This document shows, one piece after another, positions 40,125 through 53,677 of a stretch of DNA of 64,000 bases. The DNA comes from Auanema rhodensis (lineage: Eukaryota; Animalia; Nematoda), in the NCBI GenBank assembly GCA_964057225.1, contig OZ059898.1, positions 21,266,001-21,330,000 of the forward strand, given 5' to 3'. Position numbers and translations under genes: made by a program. Numbering within the stretch: the stretch's first letter is position 1; every line of letters starts with the position of its first letter. The notes beneath the pieces are model-generated. The model did not search any database. It saw only the letters and a program-made list of their open reading frames with translations, and was not told the DNA's origin.

Positions 40125-43100
40125 CGGTTTTCAAAATTAGATTCCCCATGTCCATATTAGTCTAAAAACAAATTTTTATTGATATTGGTGCATGGTAACC
40201 ATGACTTTGAAATTTACGTGAACTTTAATTTATGCTAATTAAATGTACACGTGATGTGCACTTGGTATGTAACTCGCTTCACGTGAGAGATAAAGAGATG
40301 CGGTTTTCAAAATTAGATTCCCCAAGTCCATATTAGTCTAAAAACAAATTTTTATTGATATTGGTTCATGGTAACCATGACTTTGAAATTTACGTGAACT
40401 TTAATTTATGCTAATTAAATGTACACGTGATGTGCACTTGGTATGTAACTCGCTTCACGTGAAAGATAAAGAGATGCGGTTTTCAAAATTAGATTCCCCA
40501 TGTCCATATTAGTCTAAAAACAAATTTTTATTGATATTGGTTCATGGTAACCATGACTTTGAAATTTACGTGAACTTTAATTTATGCTAATTAAATGTAC
40601 ACGTGATGTGCACTTGGTATGTAACTCGCTTCACGTGAGAGATAAAGAGATGCGGTTTTCAAAATTAGATTCCCCAAGTCCATATTAGTCTAAAAACAAA
40701 TTTTTATTGATATTGGTTCATGGTAACCATGACTTTGAAATTTACGTGAACTTTAATTTATGCTAATTAAATGTACACGTGATGTGCACTTGGTATGTAA
40801 CTCGCTTCACGTGAAAGATAAAGAGAAGCGGTTTTCAAAATTAGATTCCCCATGTCCATATTAGTCTAAAAACAAATTTTTATTGATATTGGTTCATGGT
40901 AACCATGACTTTGAAATTTACGTGAACTTTAATTTATGCTAATTAAATGTACACGTGATGTGCACTTGGTATGTAACTCGCTTCACGTGAAAGATAAAGA
41001 GATGCGGTTTTCAAAATTAGATTCCCCATGTCCATATTAGTCTAAAAACAAATTTTTATTGATATTGGTGCATGGTAACCATGACTTTGAAATTTACGTG
41101 AACTTTAATTTATGCTAATTAAATGTACACTTGATGTGCACTTGGTATGTAACTCGCTTCACGTGAGAGATAAAGAGATGCGGTTTTCAAAATTAGATTC
41201 CCCAAGTCCATATTAGTCTAAAAACAAATTTTTATTGATATTGGTTCATGGTAACCATGACTTTGAAATTTACGTGAACTTTAATTTATGCTAATTAAAT
41301 GTACACGTGATGTGCACTTGGTATGTAACTCGCTTCACGTGAAAGATAAAGAGATGCGGTTTTCAAAATTAGATTCCCCATGTCCATATTAGTCTAAAAA
41401 CAAATTTTTATTGATATTGGTTCATGGTAACCATGACTTTGAAATTTACGTGAACTTTAATTTATGCTAATTAAATGTACACGTGATGTGCACTTGGTAT
41501 GTAACTCGCTTCACGTGAAAGATAAAGAGAAGCGGTTTTCAAAATTAGATTCCCCATGTCCATATTAGTCTAAAAACAAATTTTTATTGATATTGGTTCA
41601 TGGTAACCATGACTTTGAAATTTACGTGAACTTTAATTTATGCTAATTAAATGTACACGTGATGTGCACTTGGTATGTAACTCGCTTCACGTGAAAGATA
41701 AAGAGAAGCGGTTTTCAAAATTAGATTCCCCATGTCCATATTAGTCTAAAAACAAATTTTTATTGATATTGGTTCATGGTAACCATGACTTTGAAATTTA
41801 CGTGAACTTTAATTTATGCTAATTAAATGTACACGTGATGTGCACTTGGTATGTAACTCGCTTCACGTGAAAGATAAAGAGATGCGGTTTTCAAAATTAG
41901 ATTCCCCATGTCCATATTAGTCTAAAAACAAATTTTTATTGATATTGGTTCATGGTAACCATGACTTTGAAATTTACGTGAACTTTAATTTATGCTAATT
42001 AAATGTACACGTGATGTGCACTTGGTATGTAACTCGCTTCACGTGAAAGATAAAGAGATGCGGTTTTCAAAATTAGATTCCCCATGTCCATATTAGTCTA
42101 AAAACCAATTTTTATTGATATTGGTTCATGGTAACCATGACTTTGAAATTTACGTGAACTTTAATTTATGCTAATTAAATGTACACGTGATGTGCACTTG
42201 GTATGTAACTCGCTTCACGTGAAAGATAAAGAGATGCGGTTTTCAAAATTAGATTCCCCATGTCCATATTAGTCTAAAAACAAATTTTTATTGATATTGG
42301 TGCATGGTAACCATGACTTTGAAATTTACGTGAACTTTAATTTATGCTAATTAAATGTACACGTGATGTGCACTTGGTATGTAACTCGCTTCACGTGAAA
42401 GATAAAGAGATGCGGTTTTCAAAATTAGATTCCCCATGTCCATATTAGTCTAAAAACAAATTTTTATTGATATTGGTGCATGGTAACCATGACTTTGAAA
42501 TTTACGTGTACTTTAATTTATGCTAATTAAATGTACACGTGATGTGCACTTGGTATGTAACTCGCTTCACGTGAAAGATAAAGAGATGCGGTTTTCAAAA
42601 TTAGATTCCCCATGTCCATATTAGTCTAAAAACAAATTTTTATTGATATTGGTGCATGGTAACCATGACTTTGAAATTTACGTGTACTTTAATTTATGCT
42701 AATTAAATGTACACGTGATGTGCACTTGGTATGTAACTCGCTTCACGTGAAAGATAAAGAGATGCGGTTTTTGAAATTAGATTCCCCATGTCCATATTAG
42801 TCTAAAAACAAATTTTTATTGATATTGGTGCATGGTAACCATGACTTTGAAATTTACGTGAACTTTAATTTATGCTAATTAAATGTACACGTGATGTGCA
42901 CTTGGTATGTAACTCGCTTCACGTGAAAGATAAAGAGATGCGGTTTTCAAAATTAGATTCCCTAAGTCCATATTAGTCTAAAAACAAATTTTTATTGATA
43001 TTGGTTCATGATAACCATGACTTTGAAATTTACGTGAACTTTAATTTATGCTAATTAAATGTACACGTGATGTGCACTTGGTATGTAACTCGCTTCACGT

Positions 43101-46100
43101 GAAAGATAAAGAGATGCCGTTTTCAAAATTAGATTCCCCATGTCCATATTAGTCTAAAAACAAATTTTTATTGATATTGGTTCATGGTAACCATGACTTT
43201 GAAATTTACGTGAACTTTAATTTATGCTAATTAAATGTACACGTGATGTGCACTTGGTATGTAACTCGCTTCACGTGAAAGATAAAGAGATGCGGTTTTC
43301 AAAATTAGATTCCCCATGTCCATATTAGTCTAAAAACAAATTTTTATTGATATTGGTGCATGGTAACCATGACTTTGAAATTTACGTGTACTTTAATTTA
43401 TGCTAATTAAATGTACACGTGATGTGCACTTGGTATGTAACTCGCTTCACGTGAAAGATAAAGAGATGCGGTTTCCAAAATTAGATTCCCCAAGTCCATA
43501 TTAGTCTAAAAACAAATTTTTATTGATATTGGTTCATGGTAACCATGACTTTGAAATTTACGTGAACTTTAATTTATGCTAATTAAATGTACACGTGATG
43601 TGCACTTGGTATGTAACCCGCTTCACGTGAAAGATAAAGAGATGCGGTTTTCAAAATTAGATTCCCCATGACCATATTAGTCTAAAAACAAATTTTTATT
43701 GATATTGGTGCATGGTAACCATGACTTTGAAATTTACGTGAACTTTAATTTATGCTAATTAAATGTACACGTGATGTGCACTTGGTATGTAACTCGCTTC
43801 ACGTGAAAGATAAAGAGATGCGGTTTTCAAAATTAGATTCCCCATGTCCATATTAGTCTAAAAACAAATTTTTATTGATATTGGTGCATGGTAACCATGA
43901 CTTTGAAATTTACGTGTACTTTAATTCATGCTAATTAAATGTACACGTGATGTGCACTTGGTATGTAACTCGCTTCACGTGAAAGATAAAGAGATGCGGT
44001 TTTCAAAATTAGATTCCCCAAGTCCATATCAGTCTAAAAACAAATTTTTATTGATATTGGTGCATGGTAACCATGACTTTGAAATTTACGTGTACTTTAA
44101 TTTATGCTAATTAAATGTACACGTGATGTGCACTTGGTATGTAACTCGCTTCACGTGAAAGATAAAGAGATGCGGTTTTTAAAATTAGATTCCCCATGTC
44201 CATATTAGTCTAAAAACAAATTTTTATTGATATTGGTGCATGGTAACCATGACTTTGAAATTTACGTGAACTTTAATTTATGCTAATCAAATGTACACGT
44301 GATGTGCACTTGGTATGTAACTCGCTTCACGTGAAAGATAAAGAGATTCGGTTTTCAAAATTAGATTCCCTAAGTCCATATTAGTCTAAAAACAAATTTT
44401 TATTGATATTGGTTCATGATAACCATGACTTTGAAATTTACGTGAACTTTAATTTATGCTAATTAAATGTACACGTGATGTGCACTTGGTATGTAACTCG
44501 CTTCACGTGAAAGATAAAGAGATGCGGTTTTCAAAATTAGATTCCCCATGTCCATATTAGTCTAAAAACAAATTTTTATTGATATTGGTGCATGGTAACC
44601 ATGACTTTGAAATTTACGTGAACTTTAATTTATGCTAATTAAATGTACACGTGATGTGCACTTGGTATGTAACTCGCTTCACGTGAAAGATAAAGAGATG
44701 CGGTTTTCAAAATTAGATTCCCCATGTCCATATTAGTCTAAAAACAAATTTTTATTGATATTGGTGCATGGTAACCATGACTTTGAAATTTACGTGAACT
44801 TTAATTCATGCTAATTAAATGTACACGTGATGTGCACTTGGTATGTAACTCGCTTCACGTGAAAGATAAAGAGATGCGGTTTTCAAAATTAGATTCCACA
44901 TGTCCATATTAGTCTAAAAACAAATTTTTATTGATATTGGTGCATGATAACCATGACTTTGAAATTTACGTGTACTTTAATTTATGCTAATTAAATGTAC
45001 ACGTGATGTGCACTTGGTATGTAACTCGCTTCACGTGAAAGATAAAGAGATGCGGTTTTTAAAATTAGATTCCCCATGTCCATATTAGTCTAAAAACAAA
45101 TTTTTATTGATATTGGTGCATGGTAACCATGACTTTGAAATTTACGTGAACTTTAATTTATGCTAATTAAATGTACACGTGATGTGCACTTGGTATGTAA
45201 CTCGCTTCACGTGAAAGATAAAGAGATGCGGTTTTCAAAATTAGATTCCCTAAGTCCATATTAGTCTAAAAACAAATTTTTATTGATATTGGTTCATGAT
45301 AACCATGACTTTGAAATTTACGTGAACTTTAATTTATGCTAATTAAATGTACACGTGATGTGCACTTGGTATGTAACTCGCTTCACGTGAAAGATAAAGA
45401 GATGCGGTTTTCAAAATTAGATTCCTCATGTCCATATTAGTCTAAAAACAAATTTTTAGTGATATTGGTTCATGGTAACCATGACTTTGAAATTTAAGTG
45501 AACTTTAATTTATGCTAATTAAATGTATACGTGATGTGCACTTGGTATGTAACTCGCTTCACGTGAAAGATAAAGAGAAGCGGTTTTCAAAATTAGATTC
45601 CCCATGTCCATATTAGTCTAAAAACCAATTTTTATTGATATTGGTGCATGGTAACCATGACTTTGAAATTTACGTGAACTTTAATTTATGCTAATTAAAT
45701 GTACACGTGATGTGCACTTGGTATGTAACTCGCTTCACGTGAGAGATAAAGAGATGCGGTTTTCAAAATTAGATTCCCCATGTCCATATTAGTCTAAAAA
45801 CAAATTTTTATTGATATTGGTTCATGGTAACCATGACTTTGAAATTTACGTGAACTTTAATTTATGCTAATTAAATGTACACGTGATGTGCACTTGGTAT
45901 GTAACTCGCTTCACGTGAAAGATAAAGAGATGCGGTTTTCAAAATTAGATTCCTCATGTCCATATTAGTCTAAAAACAAATTTTAATAATATTGGTTCAT
46001 GGTAACCATGACTTTGAAATTTACGTGAACTTTAATTTATGCTAATTAAATGTACACGTGATGTGCACTTGGTATGTAACTCGCTTCACGTGAAAGATAA

Positions 46101-49100
46101 AGAGATGCGGTTTTCAAAATTAGATTCCCCATGTCCATATTAGTCTAAAAACAAATTTTTATTGATATTGGTGCATGGTAACCATGACTTTGAAATTTAC
46201 GTGAACTTTAATTTATGCTAATTAAATGTACACGTGATGTGCACTTGGTATGTAACTCGCTTCACGTGAAAGATAAAGAGATGCGGTTTTCAAAATTAGA
46301 TTCCCCATGTCCATATTAGTCTAAAAACAAATTTTTATTGATATTGGTGCATGATAACCATGACTTTGAAATTTACGTGTACTTTAATTTATGCTAATTA
46401 AATGTACACGTGATGTGCACTTGGTATGTAACTCGCTTCACGTGAAAGATAAAGAGATGCGGTTTTTAAAATTAGATTCCCCATGTCCATATTAGTCTAA
46501 AAACAAATTTTTATTGATATTGGTGCATGGTAACCATGACTTTGAAATTTACGTGAACTTTAATTTATGCTAATTAAATGTACACGTGATGTGCACTTGG
46601 TATGTAACTCGCTTCACGTGAAAGATAAAGAGATGCGGTTTTCAAAATTAGATTCCCTAAGTCCATATTAGTCTAAAAACAAATTTTTATTGATATTGGT
46701 TCATGATAACCATGACTTTGAAATTTACGTGAACTTTAATTTATGCTAATTAAATGTACACGTGATGTGCACTTGGTATGTAACTCGCTTCACGTGAAAG
46801 ATAAAGAGATGCGGTTTTCAGAATTAGATTCCTCATGTCCATATTAGTCTAAAAACAAATTTTTAGTGATATTGGTTCATGGTAACCATGACTTTGAAAT
46901 TTAAGTGAACTTTAATTTATGCTAATTAAATGTACACGTGATGTGCACTTGGTATGTAACTCGCTTCACGTGAAAGATAAAGAGAAGCGGTTTTCAAAAT
47001 TAGATTCCCCATGTCCATATTAGTCTAAAAATCAATTTTTATTGATATTGGTGCATGGTAACCATGACTTTGAAATTTACGTGAACTTTAATTTATGCTA
47101 ATTAAATGTACACGTGATGTGCACTTGGTATGTAACTCGCTTCACGTGAAAGATAAAGAGATGCGGTTTTCAAAATTAGATTCCCCATGTCCATATTAGT
47201 CTAAAAACAAATTTTTATTGATATTGGTGCATGGTAACCATGACTTTGAAATTTACGTGAACTTTAATTTATGCTAATTAAATGTACACGTGATGTGCAC
47301 TTGGTATGTAACTCGCTTCACGTGAGAGATAAAGAGATGCGGTTTTCAAAATTAGATTCCCCAAGTCCATATTAGTCTAAAAACAAATTTTTATTGATAT
47401 TGGTGCATGGTAACCATGACTTTGAAATTTACGTGAACTTTAATTTATGCTAATTAAATGTACACGTGATGTGCACTTGGTATGTAACTCGTTTCACGTG
47501 AAAGATAAAGAGATGCGGTTTTCAAAATTAGATTCCCCATGTCCATATTAGTCTAAAAACAAATTTTTATTGATATTGGTTCATGGTAACCATGACTTTG
47601 AAATTTACGTGAACTTTAATTTATGCTAATTAAATGTACACGTGATGTGCACTTGGTATGTAACTCGCTTCACGTGAAAGATAAAGAGAAGCGGTTTTCA
47701 AAATTAGATTCCCCATGTCCATATTAGTCTAAAAACAAATTTTTATTGATATTGGTTCATGGTAACCATGACTTTGAAATTTACGTGAACTTTAATTTAT
47801 GCTAATTAAATGTACACGTGATGTGCACTTGGTATGTAACTCGCTTCACGTGAAAGATAAAGAGATGCGGTTTTCAAAATTAGATTCCCCATGTCCATAT
47901 TAGTCTAAAAACAAATTTTTATTGATATTGGTTCATGGTAACCATGACTTTGAAATTTACGTGAACTTTAATTTATGCTAATTAAATGTACACGTGATGT
48001 GCACTTGGTATGTAACTCGCTTCACGTGAAAGATAAAGAGATGCGGTTTTCAAAATTAGATTCCCCATGTCCATATTAGTCTAAAAACCAATTTTTATTG
48101 ATATTGGTTCATGGTAACCATGACTTTGAAATTTACGTGAACTTCAATTTATGCTAATTAAATGTACACGTGATGTGCACTTGGTATGTAACTCGCTTCA
48201 CGTGAAAGATAAAGAGATGCGGTTTTCAAAATTAGATTCCCCATGTCCATATTAGTCTAAAAACAAATTTTTATTGATATTGGTGCATGGTAACCATGAC
48301 TTTGAAATTTACGTGAACTTTAATTTATGCTAATTAAATGTACACGTGATGTGCACTTGGTATGTAACTCGCTTCACGTGAAAGATAAAGAGATGCGGTT
48401 TTCAAAATTAGATTCCTCATGTCCATATTAGTCTAAAAACAAATTTTTAGTGATATTGGTTCATGGTAACCATGACTTTGAAATTTAAGTGAACTTTAAT
48501 TTATGCTAATTAAATGTACACGTGATGTGCACTTGGTATGTAACTCGCTTCACGTGAAAGATAAAGAGATGCGGTTTTCAAAATTAGATTCCTCATGTCC
48601 ATATTAGTCTAAAAACAAATTTTTATTGATATTGGTGCATGGTAACCATGACTTTGAAATTTACGTGAACTTTAATTTATGCTAATTAAATGTACACGTG
48701 ATGTGCACTTGGTATGTAACTCGCTTCACGTGAAAGATAAAGAGATGCGGTTTTCAAAATTAGATTCCCCATGTCCATATTAGTCTAAAAACAAATTTTT
48801 ATTGATATTGGTGCATGGTAACCATGACTTTGAAATTTACGTGAACTTTAATTTATGCTAATTAAATGTACACGTGATGTGCACTTGGTATGTAACTCGC
48901 TTCACGTGAAAGATAAAGAGATGCGGTTTTCAAAATTAGATTCCTCATGTCCATATTAGTCTAAAAACAAATTTTTAGTGATATTGGTTCATGGTAACCA
49001 TGACTTTGAAATTTAAGTGAACTTTAATTTATGCTAATTAAATGTACACGTGATGTGCACTTGGTATGTAACTCGCTTCACGTGAAAGATAAAGAGATGC

Positions 49101-49803
49101 GGTTTTCAAAATTAGATTCCCCATGTCCATATTAGTCTAAAAACAAATTTTTATTGATATTGGTGCATGGTAACCATGACTTTGAAATTTACGTGGACTT
49201 TAATTTATGCTAATTAAATGTACACGTGATGTGCACTTGGTATGTAACTCGCTTCACGTGAAATATAAAGAGATGCGGTTTTCAAAATTAGATTTCACAT
49301 GTCCATATTAGTCTAAAAACAAATTTTTATCGATATTGGTTCATGGTAACCATGACTTTGAAATTTACGTGAACTTTAATTTATGCTAATTAAATGTACA
49401 CGTGATGTGCACTTGGTATGTAACTCGCTTCACGTGAAAGATAAAGAGATGCGGTTTTCAATATTAGATTCCTCATGTCCATATTAGTCTAAAAACAAAT
49501 TTTTATCGATATTGGTTCATGGTAACCATGACTTTGAAATTTACGTGAACTTTAATTTATGCTAATTAAATGTACACGTGATGTGCACTTGGTATGTAAC
49601 TCGCTTCACGTGAAAGATAAAGAGATGCGGTTTTCAATATTAGATTCCTCATGTCCATATTAGTCTAAAAACAAATTTTTATTGATATTGGTTCATGGTA
49701 ACCATGACTTTGAAATTTAAGTGAACTTTAATTTATGCTAATTAAATGTACACGTGATGTGCACTTGGTATGTAACTCGCTTCACGTGAAAGATAAAGAG
49801 ATG

Positions 49804-51565
49804 CGGTTTACAAAATTAGATTCCCCATGTCCATATTAGTCTAAAAACAAATTTTTATTGATATTGGTGCATGGTAACCATGACTTTGAAATTTACGTGA
49901 ACTTTAATTTATGCTAATTAAATGTACACGTGATGTGCACTTGGTATGTAACTCGCTTCACGTGAAAGATAAAGAGATGCGGTTCTCAAAATTAGATTCC
50001 CCATGTCCATATTAGTCTAAAAACAAATTTTTATTGATATTGGTGCATGGTAACCATGACTTTGAAATTTACGTGAACTTTAATTTATGCTAATTAAATG
50101 TACACGTGAAGTGCACTTGGTATGTAACTCGCTTCACGTGAAAGATAAAGAGATGCGGTTTACAAAATTAGATTCCCCATGTCCATATTAGTCTAAAAAC
50201 AAATTTTTATTGATATTGGTGCATGGTAACCATGACTTTGAAATTTACGTGAACTTTAATTTATGCTAATTAAATGTACACGTGATGTGCACTTGGTATG
50301 TAACTCGCTTCACGTGAAAGATAAAGAGATGCGGTTTTCAAAATTAGATTCCACATGTCCATATTCGTCTAAAAACAAATTTTTTATCGATATTGGTTCA
50401 TGGTAACCATGACTTTGAAATTTACGTGAACTTTAATTTATGCTAATTAAATGTACACGTGATTTGCACTTGGTATGTAACTCGCTTCACGTGAAAGATA
50501 AAAAGATGCGGTTTTCAAAATTAGATTCCCCATGTCCATATTAGTCTAAAAACAAATTTTTATTGATATTGGTGCATGGTAACCATGACTTTGAAATTTA
50601 AGTGAACTTTAATTTATGCTAATTAAATGTACACGTGATGTGCACTTGGTATGTAACTCGCTTCACGTGAAAGATAAAGAGATGCGGTTTACAAAATTAG
50701 ATTCCCCATGTCCATATTAGTCTAAAAACAAATTTTTATTGATATTGGTGCATGGTAACCATGACTTTGAAATTTACGTGAACTTTAATTTATGCTAATT
50801 AAATGTACACGTGATGTGCACTTGGTATGTAACTCGCTTCACGTGAAAGATAAAGAGATGCGGTTTTCAAAATTAGATTCCCCATGTCCATATTAGTCTA
50901 AAAACAAATTTTTATTGATATTGGTGCATGGTAACCATGACTTTGAAATTTACGTGAACTTTAATTTATGCTAATTAAATGTACACGTGAAGTGCACTTG
51001 GTATGTAACTCGCTTCACGTGAAAGATAAAGAGATGCGGTTTACAAAATTAGATTCCCCATGTCCATATTAGTCTAAAAACAAATTTTTATTGATATTGG
51101 TGCATGGTAACCATGACTTTGAAATTTACGTGAACTTTAATTTATGCTAATTAAATGTACACGTGATGTGCACTTGGTATGTAACTCGCTTCACGTGAAA
51201 GATAAAGAGATGCGGTTTTCAAAATTAGATTCCACATGTCCATATTCGTCTAAAAACAAATTTTTTATCGATATTGGTTCATGGTAACCATGACTTTGAA
51301 ATTTACGTGAACTTTAATTTATGCTAATTAAATGTACACGTGATTTGCACTTGGTATGTAACTCGCTTCACGTGAAAGATAAAAAGATGCGGTTTTCAAA
51401 ATTAGATTCCCCATGTCCATATTAGTCTAAAAACAAATTTTTATTGATATTGGTGCATGGTAACCATGACTTTGAAATTTACGTGAACTTTAATTTATGC
51501 TAATTAAATGTACACGTGATGTGCACTTGGTATGTAACCCGCTTCACGTGAAAGATAAAGAGATG
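49804..51565 (+). repeat. Tandem duplication, 5-monomer period (881 bp x2), including a 177-bp monomer
   Basis: A monomer with C22A, A35C, +T, T56C, G132T and G171A starts at 50332 and 51213. The flanking T7A and T131A monomers are also duplicated. Confidence 0.9.
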
Positions 51566-53677
51566 CGTTTTTCAAAATTAGATTCCCCATGACCATATTA
51601 GTCTAAAAACAAATTTTTATTGATATTGGTTCATGGTAACCATGACTTTGAAATTTAAGTGAACTTTAATTTATGCTAATTAAATGTACACGTGATGTGC
51701 ACTTGGTATGTAACTCGCTTCACGTGAAAGATAAAGAGATGCGGTTTACAAAATTAGATTCCCCATGTCCATATTAGTCTAAAAAAAAATTTTTATTGAT
51801 ATTGGTGCATGGTAACCATGACTTTGAAATTTACGTGAACTTTAATTTATGCTAATTAAATGTACACGTGATGTGCACTTGGTATGTAACTCGCTTCACG
51901 TGAAAGATAAAGAGATGCGGTTTTCAAAATTAGATTCCACATGTCCATATTAGTCTAAAAACAAATTTTTATTGATATTGGTTCATGGTAACCATGACTT
52001 TGAAATTTACGTGAACTTTAATTTATGCTAATTAAATGTACACGTGATGTGCACTTGGTATGTAACCCGCTTCACGTGAAAGATAAAGAGATGCGGTTTT
52101 CAAAATTAGATTCCCCATGACCATATTAGTCTAAAAACAAATTTTTATTGATATTGGTGCATGGTAACCATGACTTTGAAATTTACGTGAACTTTAATTT
52201 ATGCTAATTAAATGTACACGTGATGTGCACTTGGTATGTAACTCGCTTCACGTGAAAGATAAAGAAATGCGGTTTTCAAAATTAGATTCCCCATGTCCAT
52301 ATTAGTCTAAAAACAAATTTTTATTGATATTGGTGCATGGTAACCATGACTTTGAAATTTACGTGAACTTTAATTCATGCTAATTAAATGTACACGTGAT
52401 GTGCACTTGGTATGTAACTCGCTTCACGTGAAAGATAAAGAGATGCGGTTTTTAAAATTAGATTCCCCATGTCCATATTAGTCTAAAAACAAATTTTTAT
52501 TGATATTGGTGCATGGTAACCATGACTTTGAAATTTACGTGAACTTTAATTTATGCTAATTAAATGTACACGTGATGTGCACTTGGTTTGTAACTCGCTT
52601 CACGTGAAAGATAAAGAGATGCGGTTTTCAAAATTAGATTCCCCAAGTCCATATTAGTCTAAAAAAGAATTTTTTTTGATATTGGTTCATGGTAAACATG
52701 ACTTTGAAATTTACGTGAACTTTGATTTATGCTAATTAAATGTACACGTGATGTGCACTTGGTATGTAACCCGCTTCACGTGAAAGATAAAGAGATGCGG
52801 TTTTCAAAATTAGATTCCTCATGACCATATTTGTCTAAAAACAAATTTTTATTGATATTGGTGCATGGTAACCATGACTTTGAAATTTACGTGAACTTTA
52901 ATTTATGCTAATTAAATGTACACGTGATGTGCACTTGGTATGTAACTCGCTTCACGTGGAAGATAAAGAGATGGGGTTTTCAAAATTAGATTCCCCATGT
53001 CCATATTAGTCTAAAAACAAATTTTTATTGATATTGGTGCATGGTAACCATGACTTTGAAATTTACGTGTACTTTAATTTATGCTAATTAAATGTACACG
53101 TGATGTGCACTTGGTATGTAACTCGCTTCACGTGAAAGATAAAGAGATGCGGTTTCCAAAATTAGATTCCCCAAGTCCATATTAGTCTAAAAACAAATTT
53201 TTATTGATATTGGTTCATGGTAACCATGACTTTGAAATTTACGTGAACTTTAATTTATGCTAATTAAATGTACACGTGATGTGCACTTGGTATGTAACTC
53301 GCTTCACGTGAAAGATAAAGAGATGCGGTTTTCAAAATTAGATTTCCCATGTCCATATTAGTCTAAAAACAAATTTTTATTGATATTGGTTCATGGTAAC
53401 CATGACTTTGAAATTTACGTGAACTTTGATTTATGCTAATTAAATGTACACGTGATGTGCACTTGGTATGTAACCCGCTTCACGTGAAAGATAAAGAGAT
53501 GCGGTTTTCAAAATTAGATTCCCCATGTCCATATTAGTCTAAAAACAAATTTTTATTGATATTGGTGCATGGTAACCATGACTTTGAAATTTACGTGAAC
53601 TTTAATTTATGCTAATTAAATGTACACGTGATGTGCACTTGGTATGTAACTCGCTTCACGTGAAAGATAAAGAGATT

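Noticed and set aside
43928-44110. 60-aa ORF as a protein-coding gene
   Set aside because: It is ordinary satellite sequence opened by one TAG>CAG change at 44030. No recognisable domain, no gene context, low-information composition.
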